Assembly: GCA_031409275.1 (NCBI GenBank)
Contig: JANNXA010000055.1
Location: 144,163 to 208,162, forward strand
Source: Planctomycetota bacterium
GTDB taxonomy: Bacteria; Planctomycetota; B15-G4; SIAN01
Length of the DNA: 64,000 bases
Direction: 5' to 3'
The notes below the pieces were generated by a model, which ran no database searches, was not told the DNA's origin, and saw only the letters and a program-made list of their open reading frames with translations. Numbering within the stretch: the stretch's first letter is position 1; each line of letters opens with the position of its first letter. A program made the position numbers and the translations under genes. Positions 45,848 to 55,300 of this stretch are shown here, piece by piece.

Positions 45848-47584
45848 TCAGCGCGGGAAGATCGAAAGTGATTCCTGACCGCACCGTTCGCCCGCCGCCG
45901 CGCGCAGCAGCGACTCCACGTCGGCGGCGCGGTCGAGGTGCAGCAGGCTCGCCATGAGGGCGCCCGCATCGGCTGCGGTGAAGTGGCGGAAGATCGTGCG
46001 CACTTCGGGCAAATGGACCGGCGACATCGAGAAACGCTTCAAGCCGAGCCCGAGCAAGGCGAGGGCGCTCAGCGCCTCGCCCGCCATCTCGCCGCAAACG
46101 GTCACCGGCTTGCCGACGGCCGCGCCGGCGGCGATCACCTGCTCGATCAACCGCAGCGCCACCGGGTGAAGGGGCTGATAGAGGCCGGCGACCTGGAGGT
46201 TGTTGCGATCGACGGCGAAGAGGTACTGCAGGAGGTCGTTCGTACCGATCGAGATGAAGTCCGCTTCGCGGGCGAGACGTTCCGCGGCAAGGGCGGCGGC
46301 TGGCACCTCGATCATCGCGCCGAGCGGCACCTTGGCATCGTGCGCCAGTCCCTGACGATGGAGGTCTTCGGCGAGCTCCGCGACGAGCGCGCGCGCCCGC
46401 GTCACCTCCTCCACCGTCGTGACCATCGGCAGCAGGATCTTGAGCGGCCCGTGTGCCGCGGCGCGCAACAGCGCGCGCAGCTGCGGGATCAGCAGATCGA
46501 GCCACTCGAACGTGAGCCGGATGCCGCGCCAGCCGAGCGCCGGGTTCTGCTCACGCGGGGTGACGAGGTAGGGCAGCGGCTTGTCGCCGCCGACATCGAT
46601 CGTGCGGAACGTGACTTCGCGTCCGCCGACGTGCGCGAGCACGTCCTTGTAGAAGGCGAGCTGCTCCTCTTCGGAAGGGAACGTCGAGCGCCCCATGAAG
46701 AGGAACTCGGTCCGATAGAGGCCGACGCCGTCCGCGGAATGGAGCACCGCCGGGTCGAGGCTCTCGAAGTTCTCGACGTTGAGCAGCAGCGTCAGGTCGC
46801 GGTCGCGGCTCTGCGCGGTGACGGCGCGCTCGACGAGCCGACGGCGGCTGTCGACGAAATGCTGCCGCGATCGTTCGAGCGCACCGCGCAGCCGCGCTTG
46901 CGGCTCGAGCCAGAGTCGACCGCGCCGGCCGTCGATCCCGAGCGAGCCGCCCGGCGACAGCAACGACTCGAGCTTCTTCACTCCGCTGACCGCTGGAATG
47001 CCCGACGCACGCGCGAGGATGGCGACGTGGCTCGCCTCGCCGCCGACCTCGGTGACGATGCCGAGCAACCGACCGCGATCGAGCGTCAGCGTGTCCGACG
47101 GAAGGAGCTCGCGCGCGCACAGGATGACCGGCTGGCTACTGACGAGCGCTTCCTGTTGGCGACTCACGAGCACCCGCAGCACGCGATTGCCGACATCGCG
47201 CACGTCGGCGGCGCGCTCCGCGTAGAGACGGTCCATGGTGGCGAAGAGCGCGGCGAGGTGGTCGATCTCGTCTTTCAGCGCCGCTTCGGCGTTCTGCGCC
47301 TGTTTGCGGATGCGCTCCTCGATCGACCCGCGCAACAGCTCATCTTCGTAGAGCGCGAGATGAGCGTCGAAGATGCGCCGCTCGTGTTCGGGAAGGCTGC
47401 CGACATGGGCGTCGCGCTGGCGACGGAACTCCTGCGCCGCCTCGCGAAACGCCTCGCGCAGGCGCGCGACCTCGCCGTCGACCGCGTCCAACTCGAGCGC
47501 TCGGCGCGGCACCTCGCCGACGTCGTTCTTGAAGTAGTAGACCGGGCCGAACGCCACGCCCGGCGAGATGCCGAGCCCCTTCAC
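45848..47584 (-). CDS. ptsI: Phosphoenolpyruvate-protein phosphotransferase (PTS Enzyme I)
   Basis: The N-terminus is VKGLGISPGVAFGPVYYF. GGEASHVAILARASGIPAV carries the phospho-His, LYRTEFLF marks the PEP-binding domain, and GTNDLLQY is present. The track ORF 45848..48859 is a shadow fusion over glyS, so I set a GTG start at 47584. Confidence 0.8.
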   Translation of the reverse strand: MKGLGISPGVAFGPVYYFKNDVGEVPRRALELDAVDGEVARLREAFREAAQEFRRQRDAHVGSLPEHERRIFDAHLALYEDELLRGSIEERIRKQAQNAEAALKDEIDHLAALFATMDRLYAERAADVRDVGNRVLRVLVSRQQEALVSSQPVILCARELLPSDTLTLDRGRLLGIVTEVGGEASHVAILARASGIPAVSGVKKLESLLSPGGSLGIDGRRGRLWLEPQARLRGALERSRQHFVDSRRRLVERAVTAQSRDRDLTLLLNVENFESLDPAVLHSADGVGLYRTEFLFMGRSTFPSEEEQLAFYKDVLAHVGGREVTFRTIDVGGDKPLPYLVTPREQNPALGWRGIRLTFEWLDLLIPQLRALLRAAAHGPLKILLPMVTTVEEVTRARALVAELAEDLHRQGLAHDAKVPLGAMIEVPAAALAAERLAREADFISIGTNDLLQYLFAVDRNNLQVAGLYQPLHPVALRLIEQVIAAGAAVGKPVTVCGEMAGEALSALALLGLGLKRFSMSPVHLPEVRTIFRHFTAADAGALMASLLHLDRAADVESLLRAAAGERCGQESLSIFPR

Positions 47585-47610
47585 GGCTCGCCGCTGCTCG
47601 CGCGCGGCAC

Positions 47611-48954
47611 TCACGAGGCGTCGCGCTTCCACGCGGCCATCTGGTCGGCGAGGTAGTGCTCCACCTGGCCTTCGGCGATGCGCTCCTGGCGCATCGAATC
47701 GCGATGGCGCACGGTCACCGCCCCATCCTCCTTGCCCTGTCCATCGATGGTGACGCAGAAGGGGGTGCCGACCTCGTCGTTGCGGCGGTAGCGCCGGCCG
47801 ATCGCGCCCGACTCGTCGTATGCGGTGGTGAAGCGACGCCGCAGCGACTTCTCCAGTGCGTGCGCACGCTCGGGCATCCCATCCTTCTTGACCAGCGGCA
47901 GCAGCGCGACCTTGGTCGGCGCGAGCCGCGGGTGAAGCTTGAGCACGACGCGCGTCTCGCCTTCGACGACGTCTTCGTGGTAGGCGTCGACCAGGAACGC
48001 CAGCGTGGCGCGATCGCAGCCGGCGGCAGGCTCGATCACGTACGGAACGTAGTGCTCCTTGGTCTGCTCGTCGAAGTACTGCAGGTCCTTGCCGCTCACC
48101 GCGGCGTGGCGCTTCAGGTCGAAGTCGGTGCGCGAGGCGACTCCTTCGAGCTCCGACCAGCCGAACGGGAAGAGGTACTCGACGTCGGTGCAGCCGTTGC
48201 TGTAGTGGGCGAGTTCGTCGCTGGCGTGGTCGCGCAGGCGCAACTTGGCCGCGTCCATGCCGAGGTCGATGTACCACTGATGGCGCAGGCGCCGCCACTC
48301 GGCGAACCACTTCTCCCACTCCGCCGGCGGCACGAAGAACTCCATCTCCATCTGCTCGAACTCGCGGGTCCGGAAGATGAAGTTGCCCGGGGTGATCTCG
48401 TTGCGGAACGACTTCCCGATCTGCGCGATGCCAAACGGCGGCTTCTTGCGCGCCGACTGCTGCACGTTGACGAAGTTGGTGAAGATGCCTTGCGCGGTCT
48501 CGGGGCGCAGGTAGGCCACCGACGCCCCCTCTTCCACCGGACCGAGGAAGGTCTTGAACATCAGGTTGAAGCGGCGCGGCGCGGTCAGCTCGCCGCCGCA
48601 CTCGCCCGGCTTCTTCGACGGCTTCTCGAGGCAGCGGGCGTCGTCGAGCTTGTCGGCCCGGAAGCGCCCCTTGCACTTCAGGCAGTCGACCAGCGGGTCG
48701 GTGAAGTTCTCGATGTGGCCCGACGCTTCCCAGACGCGCGGGTGCTGGATGATGGCCGAGTCGAGCCCGACGATGTCGTCGCGCTCGCGCACCATCGACG
48801 ACCACCAGGCGTCCTTGACGTTGCGCTTCAACTCGACGCCGAGCGGGCCGTAGTCCCAACTCGAGCCGATGCCGCCGTAGATCTCGCTCGCTTGGAAGAC
48901 GAAGCCGCGTCGCTTGCTGAGCGACACGAGCTTCGACATCAGGTCATCGGCCAT
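47611..48954 (-). CDS. glyQS: Glycine--tRNA ligase (alpha2 homodimeric type)
   Basis: KRRGFVFQASEIYGGIGSSWDYGPLG and FRNEITPGNFIFRTREFEQMEMEFF are class-II motifs. The protein is 447 aa. Confidence 0.9.
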   Translation of the reverse strand: MADDLMSKLVSLSKRRGFVFQASEIYGGIGSSWDYGPLGVELKRNVKDAWWSSMVRERDDIVGLDSAIIQHPRVWEASGHIENFTDPLVDCLKCKGRFRADKLDDARCLEKPSKKPGECGGELTAPRRFNLMFKTFLGPVEEGASVAYLRPETAQGIFTNFVNVQQSARKKPPFGIAQIGKSFRNEITPGNFIFRTREFEQMEMEFFVPPAEWEKWFAEWRRLRHQWYIDLGMDAAKLRLRDHASDELAHYSNGCTDVEYLFPFGWSELEGVASRTDFDLKRHAAVSGKDLQYFDEQTKEHYVPYVIEPAAGCDRATLAFLVDAYHEDVVEGETRVVLKLHPRLAPTKVALLPLVKKDGMPERAHALEKSLRRRFTTAYDESGAIGRRYRRNDEVGTPFCVTIDGQGKEDGAVTVRHRDSMRQERIAEGQVEHYLADQMAAWKRDAS

Positions 48955-49154
48955 GGTGCGTTCCCGGGGGGGCGGCGCCAGCGCGGCGCGGTCGTGCAGG
49001 CCGGACGGAGGGCACTCCCCCGGCGGAAAGGCGGAGCATTTAAGGTGCGGTCGCGCCGCCGATCAACCGTCGCGCGGCTCTCGCGGCTTCTCCGCGGGTG
49101 TCGGCCGACTTATCCTATCCGCCCTTCCCATCACGACTTCCAACCGACGTCACG

Positions 49155-50312
49155 ATGTCTACCGCGACCTCTTCCACTGCGCTCGCGCCGCTCCAGTCGA
49201 TCCTCGACCGGGTCGCGGCAGGCGTTCGCCTCGATCGCGACGACGGCCTCGCGCTGCTCGCTTGCGAGGACCTCTCGCTGCTCGGCGAACTCGCCACCTT
49301 GGTGCGCGACCGCAAGCGCCCCGAGCGGGTCGTCAGCTACATCGTCGATCGCAACATCAACCCGACCAACATCTGTGTCGCGCGCTGCTCGTTCTGCGCC
49401 TTCGACCGGCTGCCGGGCGACCCTGAGGGATACGTCCTCAGCCACGAGCAGATCTTCGCCAAGGTCGACGAGTTGCTCGCCGTGCCCGGCGTCGACGAGC
49501 GCCTGCTCGCCCGCGGCGGCGTGCAGGTGCTGCTCCAGGGCGGCCACCACCCGAAACTCGGGATCGAGTGGTACGAGGAGTTGTTCCGGGCGCTGCGCGC
49601 GCGCTACCCGAAGCTGCACGTGCACGGCCTCTCGCCCTCCGAGATCGTGCACGTCGCGAAGCTTTCGCACCTCGACGTCGCGACGGTCGTGCGCCGCCTC
49701 GCGGCCGCCGGCCTCGACAGCATTCCCGGCGGCGGCGGCGAGATCCTCGTCGATCGGGTCCGTCGCGCCATCGCGCCGGGCAAGGCGATGACCGACGAGT
49801 GGCTCGGCGTGATGCGCGAGGCGCATGCCCAGGGCATGAAGACGACGGCCACGATGATGTACGGCCACGTCGAAACGCACGCGGAGCGCATCGAGCACCT
49901 GTTGCGCCTGCGCGAACTGCAGCATGAATCGCTGGCGCGGCCCGCCGCGCCGGGTCGGCGCCAAGGGGCATTCACCGCCTTCATCTGCTGGCCGTTCCAG
50001 CCCGGCGGCAGCGAGCTCGAACTGCCGCGCAGCGGCGCCAACGAATTCCTGCGGATGAACGCCGTCGCCCGGCTGATGCTCGACAACTTCCCGCACCAGC
50101 AGACCTCGTTCGTCACGCAGGGCGACAAGCTCGGCCAGCTCGCGCTGTTCTTCGGCTGCGACGATTTCGGCGGCACGATGCTCGAAGAGAACGTCGTCTC
50201 GGCCGCCGGGACGCAGTGCCTCATCACCATCCAGCAGATCGAGCACTGCATCCGCGCCGCCGGCTTCGAACCGATCCGCCGCAACATGTACTACGAGAGG
50301 GTCGACGCATGA
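49155..50312 (+). CDS. mqnC: Radical-SAM enzyme of the futalosine pathway (MqnC/MqnE family). I tentatively call it cyclic dehypoxanthine futalosine synthase.
   Basis: NPTNICVARCSFCAF is a CxxxCxxC radical-SAM cluster of the MqnC/MqnE/CofH type. Whether this gene or its neighbour is MqnC or MqnE cannot be settled by eye. Confidence 0.65.
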   Translation: MSTATSSTALAPLQSILDRVAAGVRLDRDDGLALLACEDLSLLGELATLVRDRKRPERVVSYIVDRNINPTNICVARCSFCAFDRLPGDPEGYVLSHEQIFAKVDELLAVPGVDERLLARGGVQVLLQGGHHPKLGIEWYEELFRALRARYPKLHVHGLSPSEIVHVAKLSHLDVATVVRRLAAAGLDSIPGGGGEILVDRVRRAIAPGKAMTDEWLGVMREAHAQGMKTTATMMYGHVETHAERIEHLLRLRELQHESLARPAAPGRRQGAFTAFICWPFQPGGSELELPRSGANEFLRMNAVARLMLDNFPHQQTSFVTQGDKLGQLALFFGCDDFGGTMLEENVVSAAGTQCLITIQQIEHCIRAAGFEPIRRNMYYERVDA

Positions 50313-51481
50313 CGCCCGGCGCTCCCTCAGTCGCACCGGAGCTGGCGTCGACCACGCACGAGCTGCGCCTCGACGGTCGCGCGGCGCTGCTGCCCGGTGG
50401 CCACGACGCGCGGCTGCGCGCGATCGAGGAGTGCGTGCGCGGCGGTGGACGCCTGACGTTCGACGACGGCTTGTTCCTCATGCGGACGCCGGCGCTGCAC
50501 CGCGTCGGCCGGCTCGCCAATTGGGTGCGCGAGCAGAAGCACGGCGATCGCGCCTACTTCGTCGTCAACCGCCACCTGAACCCGACCAACTTCTGCGTCT
50601 ACGACTGCAAGTTCTGCGCGTTCTATCGGCGCGCCAACGACCCCAACGGCTACCGCATGGCGCTCGACGACGTGCGCCGCATGGTGCGCGACGAGTTCGA
50701 GCGCGAGCTCACCGAGGTCCACATCGTCGGCGGCATCGATCCGAAGCTGCCCTACTCGTACTTCATCGATCTGCTGCGCGTCATCAAGGAGGAGCGGCCC
50801 GACCTCCACCTGAAGGCGTGGACCATGATCGAGATCGAGTGGTTCGCGCGGATCTCGAAGAAGAGCATCGAAGAGGTCATCGACGACCTGCTGGCGGTGG
50901 GGCTTGGCTCCTGCCCCGGTGGCGGCGTCGAGGTGCTCTCCGATCGCGTCCACGCCGAGATCTTTCCCGACAAGCTCTCGCCCACGCAATGGCTCGACAC
51001 CGCGCGCCGGGTCCAGGAGCACGGCGTCCGCATGAACGCGACAATGCTCTATGGGCACATCGAGACCGACGAAGAGCTCGTCTCCCACATGGTGCAGGTG
51101 CGCGAGCTGCAGGACGCGACGCACGGCTTCATGACCTTCATCCCGCTGGCGTTCCACCCGGCGCACACCGAGCTTGCCCACCTGCCGGGCCCGACCGGCC
51201 TGCTCGACCTGCGCACGATCGCCGTGTCGCGCCTGATGCTCGACAACGTCGAGCACATCAAGACCTACTGGATCATGCAGGGCATCGGCGTGGCGCAGGT
51301 CGCGCTGCGTTACGGCGCCGACGACATCGATGGCACCGTCGTCGAGGAGAAGATCACCCACGACGCCGGCGCCACCACCCCATTCGGAGTGACCCGCACC
51401 GAGTTGATCCGCTTGATCCGCGAAGCCGGTCGCACGCCCTTCCAACGCGACACGACCTACTCCCGCGCGGCACCCGTGTGA
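50309..51481 (+). CDS. mqnE: Radical-SAM enzyme of the futalosine pathway (MqnC/MqnE family). I tentatively call it aminofutalosine synthase because it sits next to mqnA.
   Basis: NPTNFCVYDCKFCAF is present. The start overlaps the previous gene's stop (ATGA). It is a paralog of the previous gene. Confidence 0.65.
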   Translation: MTPGAPSVAPELASTTHELRLDGRAALLPGGHDARLRAIEECVRGGGRLTFDDGLFLMRTPALHRVGRLANWVREQKHGDRAYFVVNRHLNPTNFCVYDCKFCAFYRRANDPNGYRMALDDVRRMVRDEFERELTEVHIVGGIDPKLPYSYFIDLLRVIKEERPDLHLKAWTMIEIEWFARISKKSIEEVIDDLLAVGLGSCPGGGVEVLSDRVHAEIFPDKLSPTQWLDTARRVQEHGVRMNATMLYGHIETDEELVSHMVQVRELQDATHGFMTFIPLAFHPAHTELAHLPGPTGLLDLRTIAVSRLMLDNVEHIKTYWIMQGIGVAQVALRYGADDIDGTVVEEKITHDAGATTPFGVTRTELIRLIREAGRTPFQRDTTYSRAAPV

Positions 51482-51489
51482 GCCTGAAG

Positions 51490-52293
51490 ATGCAGAAGAT
51501 CCGCATCGGAGTCGTGGATTTCGTCAACGCTCGGCCGCTGGTGCACGGGCTCGATCGCGAACGCGGCGTCGAGCTGGTGCGCGGCCGCCCGGCCCAGCTC
51601 CAGCAAGCGCTGCGCAAGGGCGATCTCGACGTCGCCTTGATCTCCTCGATCGAGGCGTTCCGCGCGCCCGAACTGAAGATCCTGCCCGAGATCGCGATCT
51701 GCTCGGAAGGTCCGGTGAAGAGCGTGAAGCTCTTCCTGAAGAAGCCGCTCGATCAAGTGGAGAAGGTCGCGCTCGACGCGGGCAGCCGCACCGGCGCGGC
51801 GCTCGTGAAGATGGTCTTCGCCGAGTTCCTGCTGAAGCCCGGCGTCGTGTCGGTCGAAGTCGAGCCCACCCTCGATCCGTCGAAGGTCGACGCCGACGCC
51901 GTGCTGCTGATCGGCGACGCGGCGCTGAAGGCGAAACCCTGCGCGCTCGAACCGCTCGACCTCGGCTGGTTCTGGACCGACCGCACCGGCATGCCCTTCG
52001 TCTACGCGGTGTGGGCCTGCAAGAAGCCCAAGGCGTTCGATGCCGCGCTGCCGCTGCTGATGCGCGCACGCGACCGCGGCCTGCTCGAGCGATCGAAGAT
52101 CGCCGCCGTCGCCGCCGAAGAACTGCAGCTCCCGGTCGCCGGCCTCACGCAGTACCTGACGCGCAACCTGCGCTACCACCTCGGCGAGCGCGAGATCAAG
52201 GGACTCGAGCGCTTCCGCGACATCGGCGTGACGCACGGACTGTGCAACCTGCACGACGTCCCCTTCGCCACGGTGCGCCTCCAGGCCACCTGA
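51490..52293 (+). CDS. mqnA: Chorismate dehydratase (futalosine pathway, MqnA-like)
   Basis: MQKIRIGVVDFVNARPLVHGL matches the MqnA N-terminus. It is 267 aa and is adjacent to the rSAM Mqn genes. Confidence 0.7.
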   Translation: MQKIRIGVVDFVNARPLVHGLDRERGVELVRGRPAQLQQALRKGDLDVALISSIEAFRAPELKILPEIAICSEGPVKSVKLFLKKPLDQVEKVALDAGSRTGAALVKMVFAEFLLKPGVVSVEVEPTLDPSKVDADAVLLIGDAALKAKPCALEPLDLGWFWTDRTGMPFVYAVWACKKPKAFDAALPLLMRARDRGLLERSKIAAVAAEELQLPVAGLTQYLTRNLRYHLGEREIKGLERFRDIGVTHGLCNLHDVPFATVRLQAT

Positions 52294-52414
52294 ACGCGGC
52301 ACGCGGAACAGCGCGCCGCTATCATCCTGCGCCACATCGCGCGCGCGGCCTCTTGGCGGGGGTCGGGCGCGCCGCGCCGAAACGGGCGCCACGCGACAGC
52401 AGGGAGGGGATTCG

Positions 52415-54115
52415 ATGACCGACAAGGTCGCCGAGCAGCACGGCCTTTTTCAATCGAACGACGCGACGCCCGCCGGCAAGCGCAAGTCGGCGCGCACCGA
52501 GGCGCCCGCTCCGGCTGCGGCGCCGCTCGAGCGCAGTGATGGTGGCGGGGCCGGCGGCGACACCGTCGCGCACCGCCTCGCGACCAAGCAGCGCGAGATC
52601 TCCGTCTCGGAGTTCTTCACCAAGAACCGCCACCTGCTCGGCTTCGACAACCCGCGGAAGGCGCTCCTCACGGCCATCAAGGAGGCGGTCGACAACTCGC
52701 TCGACGCCTGCGAGGAAGCGGGGATCCTGCCCGACGTGAAGATCGAGATCCTGCCGACCGCGCGCGAGGATCGCTTCCGCGTCGTGGTCGAGGACAACGG
52801 CCCGGGCATCGTGAAGCAGCAGCTCCCCCACGTCTTCGCGCGGCTCCTCTACGGCTCGAAGTTCCACGTGCTGAAGCAGCAGCGCGGACAGCAGGGCATC
52901 GGCATCAGCGCCGCCGCGATGTACGGCCAGCTCACGACGGGCAAGCCGCTGTCGGTCATCTCGCGCATCGGCAAGTCGCACCCGGCGAACTACGTCGAGC
53001 TCAAGATCGACACCGCGCGCAACAAGCCGGAAGTGCTGCGCGAGATGGAGACGGACTGGGACAAGGAGCACGGCACGCGCATCGAGCTCGAGCTCGAAGC
53101 GAAGGTGCAGAAGGGCAAGCAGTCGGTCGACGAGTACCTGCTGCAGACGGCCATCGCGAACCCCCACGTGCGCCTCGAATACAAGGACTGGGAAGGGGTC
53201 GTCGTCGTGCACGAGCGCGCGACGCAGACGCTGCCGCCGCAGCCCAAGCAGATCCAGCCGCATCCCTACGGCGTCGAGGTCGGGATGCTCGGCGGAATGA
53301 TGAAAACGACCGAGACGAAGAAGCTCGCCGCCTTCCTGAAGAGCGACTTCTCGCGCGTCAGCGCGCGCGTCGCCGAGGAGATCTGCGAGAAGGCGAGGGT
53401 CTCGCCCGATGCGCGACTCACCGGACTCGAGCCCGAGCAGATCGAGCGGGTCCATCAGGCGATGAGCGAGGTGAAGATCCTCGCGCCCGCCACCGACTGC
53501 ATCGTGCCGATCGGCGATGCCGGGCTGATCGCCGGCATGAAGAAGGTGATCAAGGCCGACCTCTACCTCGCCGAGACGCGCACGCCGAAGATCTACCGCG
53601 GCAACCCGTTCGTCGTCGAGGTGGGCGTCGCCTATGGCGGCGAGCTGCCGGCCGAGGAACCGGTGCGCGTGGTGCGCTTCGCCAATCGCGTCCCGCTGCT
53701 CTACCAACAGGGTGCGTGCGTCTCGACCAAGGCGATCATCTCGACCGACTGGCGCGGCTACATGCTGCAGCAGCCCAAGGAGTCGCTGCCGGTCGCGCCG
53801 ATGGTGATCGTCGTCCACCTCGCGTCGGCCTGGGTGCCGTTCACTTCGGAAGCGAAGGAGGCGGTCGCGCACTACCCCGAGATCCTGAAGGAGATGCGCC
53901 TCTCCTTGATGGAGATGGGCCGCAAGATCGCGACCCACATCCGCAAGACGCGCCACGCCGCCGACGAGGCGAAGAAGCGCGACTACATCGACATGTTCCT
54001 CCCGACCGTCGTCGACGCCCTGAACGAGATCCTCACGCTCGATCAGCCGACCCTCGACAAGACCTCCGGCAACCTGCGCGACATCCTCGAAGCGTCGCGC
54101 AAGAAGATGACGTAG
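52415..54115 (+). CDS. top6B: DNA topoisomerase VI subunit B (GHKL ATPase)
   Basis: Bergerat-fold motifs are the N-box EAVDNSLDA, G1 DNGPGI, and G2 GQQGIGIS. The EFFTKNRHLLGFDNPRKALLTAIKE signature is present. It is 566 aa with an AGGAGG SD. Confidence 0.85.
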   Translation: MTDKVAEQHGLFQSNDATPAGKRKSARTEAPAPAAAPLERSDGGGAGGDTVAHRLATKQREISVSEFFTKNRHLLGFDNPRKALLTAIKEAVDNSLDACEEAGILPDVKIEILPTAREDRFRVVVEDNGPGIVKQQLPHVFARLLYGSKFHVLKQQRGQQGIGISAAAMYGQLTTGKPLSVISRIGKSHPANYVELKIDTARNKPEVLREMETDWDKEHGTRIELELEAKVQKGKQSVDEYLLQTAIANPHVRLEYKDWEGVVVVHERATQTLPPQPKQIQPHPYGVEVGMLGGMMKTTETKKLAAFLKSDFSRVSARVAEEICEKARVSPDARLTGLEPEQIERVHQAMSEVKILAPATDCIVPIGDAGLIAGMKKVIKADLYLAETRTPKIYRGNPFVVEVGVAYGGELPAEEPVRVVRFANRVPLLYQQGACVSTKAIISTDWRGYMLQQPKESLPVAPMVIVVHLASAWVPFTSEAKEAVAHYPEILKEMRLSLMEMGRKIATHIRKTRHAADEAKKRDYIDMFLPTVVDALNEILTLDQPTLDKTSGNLRDILEASRKKMT

Positions 54116-54125
54116 GAGCCGCCCG

Positions 54126-55277
54126 ATGGCGAAGGACGACAAGAAGAGCCGCAAGCACGCGAGCGCCAACCCGGAGCTCGACAAGGTCACCGTCAAGTGC
54201 ATCGATCGCGCGGCGACGCGCGTGCTCGACTCGATCACGAAGAAGAAGCAGCCGGAACTCAAGTTCCCGGTCCGCTCGCTCTCCAACGTCGACTACGACG
54301 TGAAGAAGGGCTTCTTCGAGCTCGGCGAGAACCTCTCGACGCGCACGCTCACCGTCAATTCGGTGAAGACCTTTGCGCAGACGCTGAAGCTGATGTCGCT
54401 CAGCAAGCAGATGGTGCTGGAGAACAACTCCGCCACCAAGCGAGAGGCGTACTACGTCAGCAAGAACTGGAAGGACGCTCGTTTCGACGAGCAGACCGAG
54501 TCGGACACCGTGATGGACGACGTCGAGGCGATGTTCAGCCTCGATGGCGTCACCCGCGAGCAGCTGCGCTTCGTCCCGGACGAGCACGGCGGTGCGGTGG
54601 CGGGCGAGCTGATCGTCATCGACCGCGACCCCAACTCGCACGAGCCGATCGAGATCGACTGCACCAAGTTCGGCACCGGCGCCTACACGATCCCCTCGTC
54701 CGTCGAGCACCTGAAGTTCCGCACCAACGCCAAGTTCGTGCTCGCCATCGAGACGGGCGGCATGTTCCAGCGCCTGCAGAGCAACGGCTACCCGAAGGAT
54801 GCCCACTGCATCATCGTCTCGATGGCCGGCGTGCCGACGCGCTCGACGCGCCGCTTCCTGCGCCGCCTCACCGATGACCTCGACCTCCCCGTCTACGCCT
54901 TCGTCGACTGCGACCCCTACGGCATCGCCAACATCTACCGCACCTTGAAGGTCGGCTCCGGCAACGCCGCGCACATCAACCAGTTCTTCTGCGTTCCGCG
55001 CGCGCGCTTCCTCGGCGTCACGCCGCAGGACATCCTCGACTTCAAGCTGCAGGACGCCACCCACCCGCTGCAGGAGGTCGACGAGAAGCGCGCCAAGGAT
55101 GCGCTGAAGAACGACCCCTTCTTCAAGAAGAACAAGGCGTGGGTGCGCGCCTTCGAGCAGATGCTCTCGATGAAGGTCCGCGCCGAGCAGCAGGCGCTGA
55201 CCAAGTGGGGACTCAATTACGTCATCGACGAGTACCTGCCGCGCAAGCTGAAGAGCCCGGGCACGTTCCTGCCGTAG
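54126..55277 (+). CDS. top6A: DNA topoisomerase VI subunit A (Spo11/Top6A, winged-helix plus Toprim)
   Basis: REAYYVS is the region around the catalytic Tyr. The Toprim acidic motif is VDCDPYGIANIY. It is 383 aa and lies directly downstream of top6B. Confidence 0.85.
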   Translation: MAKDDKKSRKHASANPELDKVTVKCIDRAATRVLDSITKKKQPELKFPVRSLSNVDYDVKKGFFELGENLSTRTLTVNSVKTFAQTLKLMSLSKQMVLENNSATKREAYYVSKNWKDARFDEQTESDTVMDDVEAMFSLDGVTREQLRFVPDEHGGAVAGELIVIDRDPNSHEPIEIDCTKFGTGAYTIPSSVEHLKFRTNAKFVLAIETGGMFQRLQSNGYPKDAHCIIVSMAGVPTRSTRRFLRRLTDDLDLPVYAFVDCDPYGIANIYRTLKVGSGNAAHINQFFCVPRARFLGVTPQDILDFKLQDATHPLQEVDEKRAKDALKNDPFFKKNKAWVRAFEQMLSMKVRAEQQALTKWGLNYVIDEYLPRKLKSPGTFLP

Positions 55278-55300
55278 TCAGCGGGAGGGCGGGATGGCAA

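Noticed and set aside
45848-48859. A 1003-aa minus-strand ORF that appears to fuse PtsI to a large N-terminal domain.
   Set aside because: The first ~430 residues are an Arg-rich, out-of-frame shadow running over the glyS gene (47611..48954, same strand). The PtsI homology begins at VKGLGISPGVAFGP, with a GTG at 47584.
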